64,000 nucleotides of DNA from Myxococcales bacterium (GCA_043747615.1 JAYTOU010000017.1:96001-160000), one strand, 5' to 3'; positions 38,301-47,101 are shown, numbered from the stretch's first letter. The notes: a model not told the origin generated them from the letters alone. Translations and numbers: made by a program.

Positions 38301-39938
38301 GTGGAAAGCGGACGGTCGTCGTTCGCCCCGAGGCGTTTTTCTTTGGCGCCGCCGGGCGACGTGTTCACTGCGCTCTTGCGGGACACGCGCGGCCTCCGTC
38401 GCGAGCACGCCCAGCAGCGAGAAGCCTGGTTTTCCCAGCTCCCGGTGGATCGCAAAGAGGATCTGCTCTTCGAGCTAGAGATTCTCCTCAAGGGACTTGC
38501 CTGCTTCGCCAACCCTCGGAATCATCCTGGTCCGGCGAGGCGCACGCCGGTCGTGGCCCAGGATTTCCGCGAGCCGCTCGCGCTCACGCGGGAGGCCATC
38601 GGGCGGATCGTGGCGCTCTCGAAGCTGCTCCTCGTCGATCGCGAGCGAGCGTTCGTTTTTCAGCGTTATCTGGAAACGGTGCTCCCCGACGACAGCGCGC
38701 GCACGCGTCTGGTGAGCGACAACCTGAATCAAGATTCGCCGGCGCAGTCCCTCTTCGTGATGCGTCACGCGATGACCAACGTGCTCGAGGTCGCGAACGG
38801 CGTGTCGCGCCTCCAGCGCGTTCCGTTTCGCCTGTTTTATTCGCTCCTGAGCGTTGCCCAGAGGGAGGTCGCGCAGTCGGCGTACTTCAACCCCATGAGC
38901 GCGCTCGAGTTTCGACCGGAGTTCGATCGACTCACGAACCAGCGCATCCTCGAGCTCACACGTTCGGTGCCCGGCGATCACGCGCGGCGTCTCGTGGCTC
39001 TCGCCTTTCTCTCTCTTTTTCGGATGCTCCGCTACCTCACGCTGCTCGAGGCGACCGCGCGTGATGGTGAGGTCGCCTCCCGCTCGAATCCAATGCACGG
39101 CCGACGGATGTCCGGGGTGATCTACCTCGTGATGAGCGTCTTGCGTTCCGATGCGCGGGCGCTCACGAGCTATCTGCGGCACAAATCGGGACCGCTTCTC
39201 GCCGAGGGCTACGATCAGGATCTATTCAAGGTCCCCGCATCGGAAGTGGTGAGTCGCTACGATGCGCTGCTCGCCGATGGTCATCGTCTCCTCGACATCA
39301 AGGCAACGCTCGAGGGAGTCAGCGCGAACCTTCGCCTTGAGCTTCGTCGTGCGTTCGAGCACGATTTCGTTGCTCCCGAGCACGCGCCGAACGTCACCGA
39401 GGTGCACGCCGCGACGCTTGCGTTAGTGAGAAATCTTCGCCCCGCGCTGCAGAACGCCATTCTCTTCTTGGGAAAATCGCTTGGCGCGCGCCTCGACGAG
39501 CAGGGGGTGTTCGACGATGACGCCGCACGCCGTTCACTTTCAGATCGCTTGCGACGCGACGTCTGGATGTTCGCGCAGATCGTACGGGCGTTTGCTCACA
39601 AGGCGCGGGCCGCTCCCGCCGGTGACGTGCGCTGGGTCGGTGTTTCACCGCTTCAATTCGTGCGCGAGTTCCTCGCTTACTTCAAGGCCATGGGCTACCC
39701 GCTGCTTCGCACGGCCGATTATCCGCGCGTCGATTTTTTCATGGGCGCGATGAACGCGCTCGAAGAAACGGATCTCCTCGAGCCGGCGCGGTTGAAGAGC
39801 GCGCTCGACGAAGCCGACAAGTTTCACGTGTTCCTCACGACGCTCTTCGAACAGATCTGCCGACGAGACGAGCTCCTCCACGTGGCGTTCGATCGCCGTG
39901 CAGCGGCGGAAGCTCTGAAGCTCTATCTCGGCGCCTGA
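38301..39938 (+). CDS. Hypothetical all-helical protein (545 aa)
   Basis: Long ORF with typical codon usage, 4 nt downstream of the TrmB-family gene; no motif recognised. Confidence 0.75.
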   Translation: MESGRSSFAPRRFSLAPPGDVFTALLRDTRGLRREHAQQREAWFSQLPVDRKEDLLFELEILLKGLACFANPRNHPGPARRTPVVAQDFREPLALTREAIGRIVALSKLLLVDRERAFVFQRYLETVLPDDSARTRLVSDNLNQDSPAQSLFVMRHAMTNVLEVANGVSRLQRVPFRLFYSLLSVAQREVAQSAYFNPMSALEFRPEFDRLTNQRILELTRSVPGDHARRLVALAFLSLFRMLRYLTLLEATARDGEVASRSNPMHGRRMSGVIYLVMSVLRSDARALTSYLRHKSGPLLAEGYDQDLFKVPASEVVSRYDALLADGHRLLDIKATLEGVSANLRLELRRAFEHDFVAPEHAPNVTEVHAATLALVRNLRPALQNAILFLGKSLGARLDEQGVFDDDAARRSLSDRLRRDVWMFAQIVRAFAHKARAAPAGDVRWVGVSPLQFVREFLAYFKAMGYPLLRTADYPRVDFFMGAMNALEETDLLEPARLKSALDEADKFHVFLTTLFEQICRRDELLHVAFDRRAAAEALKLYLGA

Positions 39939-39963
39939 ATTTTTCGGCGCGCAAATGACACGA

Positions 39964-39994
39964 AGGGCGCCCTCCCCACTAGGAAAGACGCCCT
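39964..39994 (-). terminator. Hairpin between convergent genes, probable terminator
   Basis: On the - strand, AGGGCGTCTTTCC-TAGTG-GGGAGGGCGCCCT forms a 13-bp stem with G-U pairs. U-tail is weak. Confidence 0.5.
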
Positions 39995-40067
39995 CCGTAC
40001 CCGGCCGCGAGCGCGAGCCGCCTTCTAAGAGGCCGCGCTACGCACAAATCATGCCAGGGTTGCTACT

Positions 40068-40364
40068 TTACTCTTCCCCGTCATCGAGCCCGTGGCTCGA
40101 AGTCGGAGCGCCTCCCAACATGGAGGGGACTCCAGCCGGCGGGGCGGCTTTTGATGCTGATTTTCGGCCGCCAGCTGCCGGACGCTTTGCAGCGCTCCGA
40201 CCTTTGGCAGCCTTTTTAGCAGGTTTTTTGGCAGCCTTTTTCTTGGCAGCCTTTTTCTTGGCAGCCTTGCGCTTCGCGGGCTTCTTTGCCGTCTTGCCAG
40301 CGGCCTTTTTCGTGGTCTTCGTCTTCTTCGCGGTCGACTTCTTTGCAGACTTCTTAGCAGCCAT
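40068..40364 (-). CDS. Lys/Ala-rich histone H1-like small basic protein
   Basis: KKAAKK repeats; GGAGGG RBS; own sigma70-type promoter. Confidence 0.8.
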   Translation of the reverse strand: MAAKKSAKKSTAKKTKTTKKAAGKTAKKPAKRKAAKKKAAKKKAAKKPAKKAAKGRSAAKRPAAGGRKSASKAAPPAGVPSMLGGAPTSSHGLDDGEE

Positions 40365-40395
40365 GATGAATCCCTCCAGAGAAGGTTATACATGA

Positions 40396-40424
40396 CGTAT
40401 ATGGTCACCTACGTCAGGTGTCAA
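40396..40424 (-). promoter_or_regulatory. Sigma70-type promoter of the histone-like gene
   Basis: - strand TTGACA-N17-TATACG. Confidence 0.6.
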
Positions 40425-40650
40425 ACAATTAATTTGCGTTGGTGAAGAAAAGACTTCCCAAACGCCCGAAGCTACCCGGAGTGATGGTTTTAAGCTTGTT
40501 TTCTCGAGGTGCTGGCGGTTGCGCTCTCCGCCTTGACTCTCGAAAGTGCGGGCAGATACGGTCCTTCCGGCGATTTCGTGGTGTTTTTTTTTCGCCGCTA
40601 ACCAGTGACCCCGCCGCATCGCGGACGCGTGGTCTCCAGGAGGTGTTCGC

Positions 40651-41505
40651 GTGATTGCACGATACGGATTTAGATGGAGCGTTCTCGCGACGATGGCGGC
40701 AGTCATGCTGACGCTCGTCGCCTGCGGCCACACCGACGAAGAGATGGCCAACAAGCAGCGCGAGATCGACAGCATGGGCGCGCAGCTCAAAGCGGCGAAG
40801 GCGCAGATCGCGCAGGACGAAGCAAAGTTCAACGACACCCAGGCGCAAGTCGAAACCCTTCGCGCGCAGCTGAAGGCCGCTGGAATCAGCGAAGGCAAAA
40901 CGCGCGCGGAAGCGGATCAACTGAAGCAAGCGCTCGCCGAGTACAAGCAGCGCGCCGATCAGCTCACCGCGATCGAGCAGCGCTTTCGCGATCTCAAGGC
41001 GCGTCTCGAGAAGCTCACCCAGGTCGGTCTCAAGGTGGTCGTGCGAAACAACCGCATGGTCATCCAGCTCCCCGGCGACGTTCTCTTCGACTCCGGGAAA
41101 GACGAGCTCAAGCCGCAGGGCAAGGAAGTTCTCGTGCAGGTCGCAGACGTCATCCGCAGCGACGCAGACCTTTCTAAGCGTAATTTCCAGGTCGCGGGGC
41201 ACACCGACAACGCGAAGTATCCGCCCGGTGGTCTCTTCAAGGACAACTGGGGGCTGTCGCTTGCTCGGTCGCGCCAGGTCCTTCTCTTTCTCATCTCGAA
41301 CAAGCCATCCGCCAAGCCGGGCGCAAAGGCCGAAGGCGGTGGACTCGATCCGAAGCACTGGGCAGCCTCGGGTTACGGCGAGACGGATCCGCAAGCCGGC
41401 TCTGTCGAGACTCAGAAGCCCGACGAGCAGGGCAAGAATCGTCGCGTCGAGCTCGTGCTCCAGCCGAACGTCGAAGAGATGCTCAACCTGAACAACATCA
41501 AGTAA
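40651..41505 (+). CDS. OmpA/MotB-family lipoprotein with coiled coil
   Basis: Lipobox LVAC, coiled coil, VLFDSGK, GHTDN, NWGLS..R, NRRVE; AGGAGG RBS. Confidence 0.88.
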   Translation: MIARYGFRWSVLATMAAVMLTLVACGHTDEEMANKQREIDSMGAQLKAAKAQIAQDEAKFNDTQAQVETLRAQLKAAGISEGKTRAEADQLKQALAEYKQRADQLTAIEQRFRDLKARLEKLTQVGLKVVVRNNRMVIQLPGDVLFDSGKDELKPQGKEVLVQVADVIRSDADLSKRNFQVAGHTDNAKYPPGGLFKDNWGLSLARSRQVLLFLISNKPSAKPGAKAEGGGLDPKHWAASGYGETDPQAGSVETQKPDEQGKNRRVELVLQPNVEEMLNLNNIK

Positions 41506-41525
41506 GCGCTTCGACTTTCAGCAGC

Positions 41526-41562
41526 GCGGGGTCGGTCTTTCGAGATCGGCCCCGTTCGCTTT
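41526..41562 (+). terminator. Intrinsic terminator-like hairpin
   Basis: CGGGGTCGGTCT-TTCG-AGATCGGCCCCG followed by TTCGCTTTT. Confidence 0.6.
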
Positions 41563-41580
41563 TGTGGAGACAACGACGAC

Positions 41581-42528
41581 ATGCGCATTGCCACGATCGA
41601 CATCGGAACCAACACCGTCCTCCTGCTCGTCGCCGAAGTGACGGCCAACGGACAGCTCGTGGCGGTCGAAGAGCACGCGACGATCACCCGGCTCGGCGAG
41701 AACGTCGATCGAACGCGCGCACTCGCCGAAGGCGCTATTTCGCGCACGAAAACGTGCCTCGACGCGTACGCGGCGATCGTGAAACGACTGGGTGCTACCC
41801 GCGCTGCGGTGGTCGGAACGAGCGCCATGCGGGACGCCAAAGGAAGCGAGGTGATCCGCGAGCACGTGAAATCCAACTTCGGCGTCGAGGCGCGGGTCAT
41901 CAGCGGCGACGAAGAAGCGCGGCTGACGTTTTCGGGTGCGCTGAGCGGCCTCGGCTATTCGTCCACGAGCGGAGAGATCGCGGTCTTCGACATCGGCGGC
42001 GGCAGCACGGAGGTCGTCAGGGGAACGCTTGCGAGCGACCGGCGCGCTCCAGAGATTGCGTACGCCCACAGCTTCGACGTGGGGAGCGTGCGGATGACCG
42101 AGCGACACGTGAAGGCTGATCCTCCTACGCAGAGCGAGCGTAGCGCCATCACCCGCGATGTCCTGGAGAGCCTCGCTTCTCTTTCTCCTCTCGCCGTTGG
42201 GCAAGTGCCCGTCGCCATCGCGGGTACGATGACCACGCTCGCTGCCGTGTCGTTGAACATGCTGAGCTACGACGGCGCGCGTGTGCACGGGCATCGTATG
42301 TCGACGAGCGAGCTGCGCCGGGTCGTCGACGAGCTATCTGCCGTCTCGCTCGAGAAGCGCCAGCAGGTTCGTGGGCTCGAGCCCAAGCGGGCCGACGTCA
42401 TCGTGGCGGGCGGGATCGTCGCTCTCGCCGTGCTCGAAAAACTTCAGGCCGATTCCGTCGTTATCTCGGATCGCGGGGTCCGTTGGGGCCTTGCGGTTGC
42501 ACTCCAGGATATGGCTGCTACCTTGTAG
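41581..42528 (+). CDS. Ppx/GppA family phosphatase
   Basis: IDIGTNT, TRLGE, TSAMRDA, SGDEEA, DIGGGSTE, RADVI, GVRWG. Confidence 0.92.
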   Translation: MRIATIDIGTNTVLLLVAEVTANGQLVAVEEHATITRLGENVDRTRALAEGAISRTKTCLDAYAAIVKRLGATRAAVVGTSAMRDAKGSEVIREHVKSNFGVEARVISGDEEARLTFSGALSGLGYSSTSGEIAVFDIGGGSTEVVRGTLASDRRAPEIAYAHSFDVGSVRMTERHVKADPPTQSERSAITRDVLESLASLSPLAVGQVPVAIAGTMTTLAAVSLNMLSYDGARVHGHRMSTSELRRVVDELSAVSLEKRQQVRGLEPKRADVIVAGGIVALAVLEKLQADSVVISDRGVRWGLAVALQDMAATL

Positions 42529-42565
42529 GCAGATGTAGCCCCAAGTGCTTTTACGCACAAATAGT

Positions 42566-42595
42566 TTGACAGATAGGGCCTCAGGGCACTAGAGT
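42566..42595 (+). promoter_or_regulatory. Sigma70-type promoter upstream of cdnL
   Basis: TTGACA-N18-TAGAGT, about 245 nt before the ATG. Confidence 0.65.
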
Positions 42596-42841
42596 GCGCT
42601 CGCCTCACTTCATCTCTACCGCTCGCGCGGCGCGCTCAGGCCTTACTAACTACGGCCACAATCGATCAAGATTTCCTAGCGCGGAATAAAGCACAACCCG
42701 TTCCGGTTTCCGAGGCGCCCGATAGGTCCCCCCGATTCGGCGCTGAATAAAGAGACCGACGAGATTCGAAGCGCGCAAAGCAGCGCGCTGTTTCACATAC
42801 ACCTCTTAATCGAGGTCGCTCCCATAACGCAAGGAGACTCT

Positions 42842-43348
42842 ATGCAAGCTGGTACGGACGTCACGTTCAAGGTTGGTGATAAGGCTGTTTATCCCGCACA
42901 GGGAGTCGCCGAAGTCATCAAAATCGAGGAGAAGGACATCGCTGGGAGTCGTCAGCGGTTCTACGTCCTCAGAATCCTCGACACCGACCGCAAGATCATG
43001 GTTCCCGTTTCGAATGCGAGCGCCGTCGGCCTCCGTCAGGTCATCAACGAGACGGAAATCCGCGAGATTTTCGACATCTTGAAGGAGCGCACGATCGCCT
43101 TCGACAACCAGACCTGGAACCGGCGCTACCGTGGCTTCATGGACAAGATCAAGACGGGATCGATCTACGACGTGGCCGAAGTGCTGCGCGACCTATACCG
43201 CCTGAAGACCGATAAGCAGCTGTCGTTCGGCGAGCGCCGTATGCTCGACACCGCGCGCACGCTCATCGTGAAAGAAATCGCGATCGCACGCGAGCAGACG
43301 GAAGAGCAAGTGAAGACCGAGATCGAATCGATCTTCGTTTCCAACTGA
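42842..43348 (+). CDS. cdnL: CarD/CdnL-family RNA polymerase-binding factor
   Basis: FKVGDKAVYP.QGV, GLRQVI, TWNRRYR, K.LSFGER.ML; no AT-hook tail; AAGGAG RBS. Confidence 0.92.
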   Translation: MQAGTDVTFKVGDKAVYPAQGVAEVIKIEEKDIAGSRQRFYVLRILDTDRKIMVPVSNASAVGLRQVINETEIREIFDILKERTIAFDNQTWNRRYRGFMDKIKTGSIYDVAEVLRDLYRLKTDKQLSFGERRMLDTARTLIVKEIAIAREQTEEQVKTEIESIFVSN

Positions 43349-43368
43349 TCAACTGAGTCGATCGGATC

Positions 43369-43405
43369 ACGCGTGCTCCTGAAAAGGGCGCGCGTTTTTC
43401 TTTTT
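43369..43405 (+). terminator. Intrinsic terminator after cdnL
   Basis: ACGCGTGCTC-CTGAAAA-GGGCGCGCGT followed by TTTTCTTTTT. Confidence 0.75.
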
Positions 43406-43406
43406 G

Positions 43407-43634
43407 TCAGCCGTCCTCGAGGAGACCGAATTCCCAGGTCTCGCCGGCCTCGCGCAAGCCAGCGACCGCCGCTTCGACGCGCCGCAGAACATCGCCGGGC
43501 GACGACCATGGCGCTGGTCGAACGCCGATCGCAACCTTCTCTTCCCACTGCCAGACGCGGGCGGCCGCCACGCCTTCCACGCGGTAGACGAGCTCGAGCG
43601 TGCGACGCAGACGAGGGGGAAGCGACGCGCTCAC
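43407..43634 (-). CDS. Small hypothetical protein
   Basis: 75-aa ORF whose GTG overlaps the NosL-like stop (GTGA). Confidence 0.6.
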   Translation of the reverse strand: MSASLPPRLRRTLELVYRVEGVAAARVWQWEEKVAIGVRPAPWSSPGDVLRRVEAAVAGLREAGETWEFGLLEDG

Positions 43635-44059
43635 CTCAGAGCCTGCAGGAGCGTCGGCGTGATCGCCTCGAGCTTCAGCGCGCGGCCGCCGGCGTGATCG
43701 ACCATGAACTTAGCGCTCTTCGCGGGGGACACGGGGACAAGGTCTGGGCCCATCGGACCGTCGACATCGCTGCCCGTCACGAAGTCCACTTCGTTTCCAT
43801 CGCGCCAAGCGCGCTCGTAGAATTCTTGGACGCGAACGCTCTTCGCTGCAACGCCGCGCGTGCGCCAGGCGGTCATCGCGCACCTCGGGGTGTCGTACGT
43901 GGTCTTCGTTGCATCGATCATCACGAGCTCGGTGAGCCACGCGCTCGCGGGATCGATCGTCATTCCGCAAAATGAGCAGCGTTCCCCCGCGGGTTTGCCT
44001 TTCGCGTTGCAAGCGAGGGCACTGGCCACGATGGCGACTAGGAACGCGCGACGATGCAT
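43631..44059 (-). CDS. NosL-like metal-binding lipoprotein
   Basis: Lipobox ALAC; CSFCGM, YDTPRC, GSDVDGPMG. Confidence 0.8.
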   Translation of the reverse strand: MHRRAFLVAIVASALACNAKGKPAGERCSFCGMTIDPASAWLTELVMIDATKTTYDTPRCAMTAWRTRGVAAKSVRVQEFYERAWRDGNEVDFVTGSDVDGPMGPDLVPVSPAKSAKFMVDHAGGRALKLEAITPTLLQALR

Positions 44060-44067
44060 GAGCTCAC

Positions 44068-45087
44068 TCACGGAAAAAGAGAGACGGCCCTTGTGAGCCA
44101 AGCGTAGCGAGCCACAGGCAACACGCAGAGGATCACGCAGATCGACCACGCCGCGATCTCGCGACGAAGACGGCTCCGCACGAACGACTCGAACACCTCA
44201 CGCGCGGCAGCCGCTCTGGCGAGAAGGGCGACCACCGCGGCACCAGCGCCCCAGATCACAGCGAGGAGGATCGACCCGAAGAGGGGATAACCGATGCCAA
44301 GCACGTCGGCTTTTAGCAGGCAAAATGGACAGACGTGCTGCGGAAGCTCGAACGCGTAAGGCGCCACCTCGAGAACCGCCGCGCCAAGAGCGAGGGGAAA
44401 CGCTATGAGCGCGAAAACGCCTGCAGCGAAGACGAGCGGCGGTTTGGGTCGGCGGAGCGCCGCGAAGGCGACGGCGATGGCGATGGCGATGGCGATCGGA
44501 GCAAGTGTCGCTGCGATGATCCGGGGACCGTGTGCGAATCCGCCGTTTCCGGCGGCGGCAGCGTCGAGCTGCACCGAACAACAGGAGGCGGTGATCGACA
44601 GATCGAGCTTCAGCAAAAATGCGGACGTGAGTGCGAGATCGAGCGTGGCGAGAGGCGCGAGGATCAGCGTGAAGACGGAGAGCTTGCGCACGAGGGCGAG
44701 GGTCGTCGTGCGGGCGTCGAAGGCGTAAACCTGGGCGAGAACTCCTCCGAGAACGGCGACGAGCACGGTGCTCGCGAGCGCGCGAAATCCCCACTCGTTC
44801 GCGTTGAAGACTCCGTAGGCGCACATCGCTCCGCGGATGCCGCGGCTCAATCGATCGGCCGCGAGTGAGCTGAGGGCGAGAGAGCCAATCTGCATCACGG
44901 TGGCCACGCGCACGAAGGTTGAGGCGAGCTCCACTTGACGCTCGAGCGCGAGCTGTCCCTCGGCGTAGCTTTCCAGATCGAAGTGGCGGAGCACGCGGAC
45001 GGAGGTAGTCGCCGCGCGGACGAAGAATGCCGTCGTGACGATCCCGGCGATGATTCGCAGGAGAACCCAAGGCTCGAGTAAATTCAC
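44068..45087 (-). CDS. Polytopic membrane protein with Cys motifs (GAMC, SCCS, HxCPFC)
   Basis: About 8 TM segments. The GTG start at 45087 is inferred. Confidence 0.78.
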   Translation of the reverse strand: MNLLEPWVLLRIIAGIVTTAFFVRAATTSVRVLRHFDLESYAEGQLALERQVELASTFVRVATVMQIGSLALSSLAADRLSRGIRGAMCAYGVFNANEWGFRALASTVLVAVLGGVLAQVYAFDARTTTLALVRKLSVFTLILAPLATLDLALTSAFLLKLDLSITASCCSVQLDAAAAGNGGFAHGPRIIAATLAPIAIAIAIAVAFAALRRPKPPLVFAAGVFALIAFPLALGAAVLEVAPYAFELPQHVCPFCLLKADVLGIGYPLFGSILLAVIWGAGAAVVALLARAAAAREVFESFVRSRLRREIAAWSICVILCVLPVARYAWLTRAVSLFP

Positions 45088-45094
45088 TTCGGCC

Positions 45095-45769
45095 TCAAAC
45101 GAAGCGGCCTTCCACGAGATCGAGGACGCGGGTGCACGCGGAGTGTTCCGCGACGCGCGGATCGTGCGTGGCAACCAGGAGCGCGCGGCCTTCCTTGGCG
45201 AGGTCGGCGAGGTCGTCCATCACCGATTTCGCGCGCACGTCGTCGAGATGCGCGGTCGGCTCATCCAGCAGTAAAAGCGGGGGATCGCGCATCATCGCAC
45301 GGGCCAAGGCCACCCGCTGCCGCTCACCGCCCGAGAGCGAGCGCGCTCGGGTGTTCGCGAGCGAGGCGATTCCGAAGCGGTCGAGGAGACTCCGGGCGCG
45401 CGCATGGTCCTTCGCCGTCACTCCTTCGGGCACGCACGGAAGAAGCACGTTCTCCTCGGCGGTCATTCCCTCGAAAAGCTGCGCGTCCTGAAAGACGAAG
45501 CCGACTTTTTTGCGCCTCACCTCGGCACGATGGGCATCGCGCATGCGCGACGTTGGTTCGCCGTCGAGTCGCACTTCTCCGCTGGTCGGCGCGAGCATCG
45601 CTCCAACGAGCGCGAGGAGCGTCGTTTTTCCGCTACCGCTCGGACCACGCAGGATCACGAGCTCGCCGCGTGCGATCTCGAAGGTCACGTTGTCTATGAC
45701 CGTACGGCGGTCACGACCATCGCGCACCCGCTTCACGAGATCGGTGATCGCCGCCGCAGCCGCCGTCAT
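45095..45769 (-). CDS. ABC transporter ATP-binding protein (LolD/MacB-like)
   Basis: GPSGSGKTT, GFVFQ, LSGGERQRVA, DEPTAHLD, ATHD. Confidence 0.92.
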   Translation of the reverse strand: MTAAAAAITDLVKRVRDGRDRRTVIDNVTFEIARGELVILRGPSGSGKTTLLALVGAMLAPTSGEVRLDGEPTSRMRDAHRAEVRRKKVGFVFQDAQLFEGMTAEENVLLPCVPEGVTAKDHARARSLLDRFGIASLANTRARSLSGGERQRVALARAMMRDPPLLLLDEPTAHLDDVRAKSVMDDLADLAKEGRALLVATHDPRVAEHSACTRVLDLVEGRFV

Positions 45770-45847
45770 TGTGCCAGACTGGGCCAATCAACACGTGCTG
45801 TCATCCCGTTTCGATCGCCAGACGCGCATTTCTCCGACATATTGAAC

Positions 45848-45863
45848 TGGCACTGGGAATGCT
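45848..45863 (+). promoter_or_regulatory. Putative sigma54 (-24/-12) promoter
   Basis: TGGCACTGGGAATGCT has GG-N10-GC spacing, 18 nt before ATG 45882. Confidence 0.6.
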
Positions 45864-45881
45864 TTCTTCCTGAGGGTCCCC

Positions 45882-46199
45882 ATGATTCCGGCACGCATCC
45901 ACCTGTCTCCTAGCGCTTTCAAACGTCGTGTCGTGACGGCGCTCGTCGCGTGCGTCGCGGGCGTTGGCGTGTGGGCGTGCAGCTTGAACCCGCAGCCGAT
46001 TCCGCCTGGCTTCAACGACCAACCGGGTGCTTCCGACGCCGGCCGCGGCGCCGACGTCACCGTGGGACCAGTGAGCGGCGGCGGCGATGGCGGCGCGGGT
46101 GTCGACAGCGACGGCGCTCCGTCCCCGCAAGATGGCGGAGATGCAGGGGACGCGGGGAGCGATGCGCCCTCGGACGCAACAGACGGTGGTGACGGATGA
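45882..46199 (+). CDS. Small lipoprotein A (C-SLNPQPIPPG + D/G/A-rich tail)
   Basis: Signal peptide with lipobox VWAC; paralogous to the next ORF. Confidence 0.72.
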   Translation: MIPARIHLSPSAFKRRVVTALVACVAGVGVWACSLNPQPIPPGFNDQPGASDAGRGADVTVGPVSGGGDGGAGVDSDGAPSPQDGGDAGDAGSDAPSDATDGGDG

Positions 46200-46507
46200 G
46201 CGCCGCTCGTTGCAGGCAGGTCGCGTTCGGCGTCGCCCTGGCGCTCGCCGTGGCCTCAATCACGGTAGCCTGCAGTCTCAACCCGCAGCCCATTCCTCCC
46301 GGAGATCAGCCCGACGGATCAGCGGGCGGCGCGAATTCGAGCTTCGCTGACAGCGATGCCGCGACCAAGCTGAGCGATGACGCGGGGCACATGAGCACCG
46401 ACGGCGCGAGCGAGACCGGGCCTCCTCAGCACATCGACGGCGGCAACGACGCCAACGGCGGCAATGACGCCAACGATGCCGACGCCGACGCCGACGCGCC
46501 GGGTTGA
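46196..46507 (+). CDS. Small lipoprotein B (C-SLNPQPIPPG + D/G/A-rich tail)
   Basis: ATGA overlap with A; lipobox TVAC; identical 12-aa motif. Confidence 0.72.
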   Translation: MSAARCRQVAFGVALALAVASITVACSLNPQPIPPGDQPDGSAGGANSSFADSDAATKLSDDAGHMSTDGASETGPPQHIDGGNDANGGNDANDADADADAPG

Positions 46508-46522
46508 AAGCGCTCGGGCGCG

Positions 46523-47044
46523 CTACTTGGTCTGCGGACGCGGCTGGCTGACGTACTCGTCGAGCAGGTTCGCGGCGAAGTCGGCGAGGATCCCGTCCGT
46601 CACCCGCAAACGGCGCGACAAATCCCGCGCGATGTTGAGCGTCACGAGGGCATACGACTTCAAATCGTGGCGGTAGAGGCCGTCGAGGTCTTCGCTCGTC
46701 ATTCGCAAAAGGCGGGACGGACCAAGGGCGCGCACCGTCGCCGAGCGCGGCTGCACGTCGATGAGGGACATCTCTCCGAAGCAGTCGGACGGGCCGAGGA
46801 TCGCCACCCGCATGTCCCTCCCGCGCCGGCTTTTTTTCATCACCTCGACCTCGCCATCGAGCACGACGTACATCTCGCGTGCGCTGTCGCCTTCGCGAAA
46901 GATCGGCTCACCGGCTTGCACGCGGAGGGGCTGAAGCGTCTGTGAGAGGTGCTCGAGGACGTCGTCGGATAGCGCACCGAAGAGCCCGACCTCACGGAGA
47001 CGCGGGATGGTGACCGGAGCGTCGTGCGGGATGTTCTTCGACAT
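46523..47044 (-). CDS. Stand-alone cyclic nucleotide-binding domain protein
   Basis: IFREGD...MYVVLDGEV...FGEMSLID..PRSATV; no HTH. Confidence 0.9.
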   Translation of the reverse strand: MSKNIPHDAPVTIPRLREVGLFGALSDDVLEHLSQTLQPLRVQAGEPIFREGDSAREMYVVLDGEVEVMKKSRRGRDMRVAILGPSDCFGEMSLIDVQPRSATVRALGPSRLLRMTSEDLDGLYRHDLKSYALVTLNIARDLSRRLRVTDGILADFAANLLDEYVSQPRPQTK

Positions 47045-47101
47045 GATGACGCACGATTACGCCCTCGCGCGGGCAGCGCGCAAGCGGGACGGGGACGGCG
47101 C

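Noticed and set aside
40049..40408. Alternative 119-aa Arg-rich ORF over the histone-like gene
   Set aside because: The RBS and promoter position support the 40364 start in the Lys/Ala frame.
40651..41505. Flagellar stator MotB
   Set aside because: It has a lipobox rather than the MotB TM helix with the conserved Asp, and there is no motA neighbour.
44468..44497. GGCGAT hexamer tandem repeat as a contingency locus
   Set aside because: It is in-frame, encodes IAIAIA within a TM helix, and is too short to imply phase variation.
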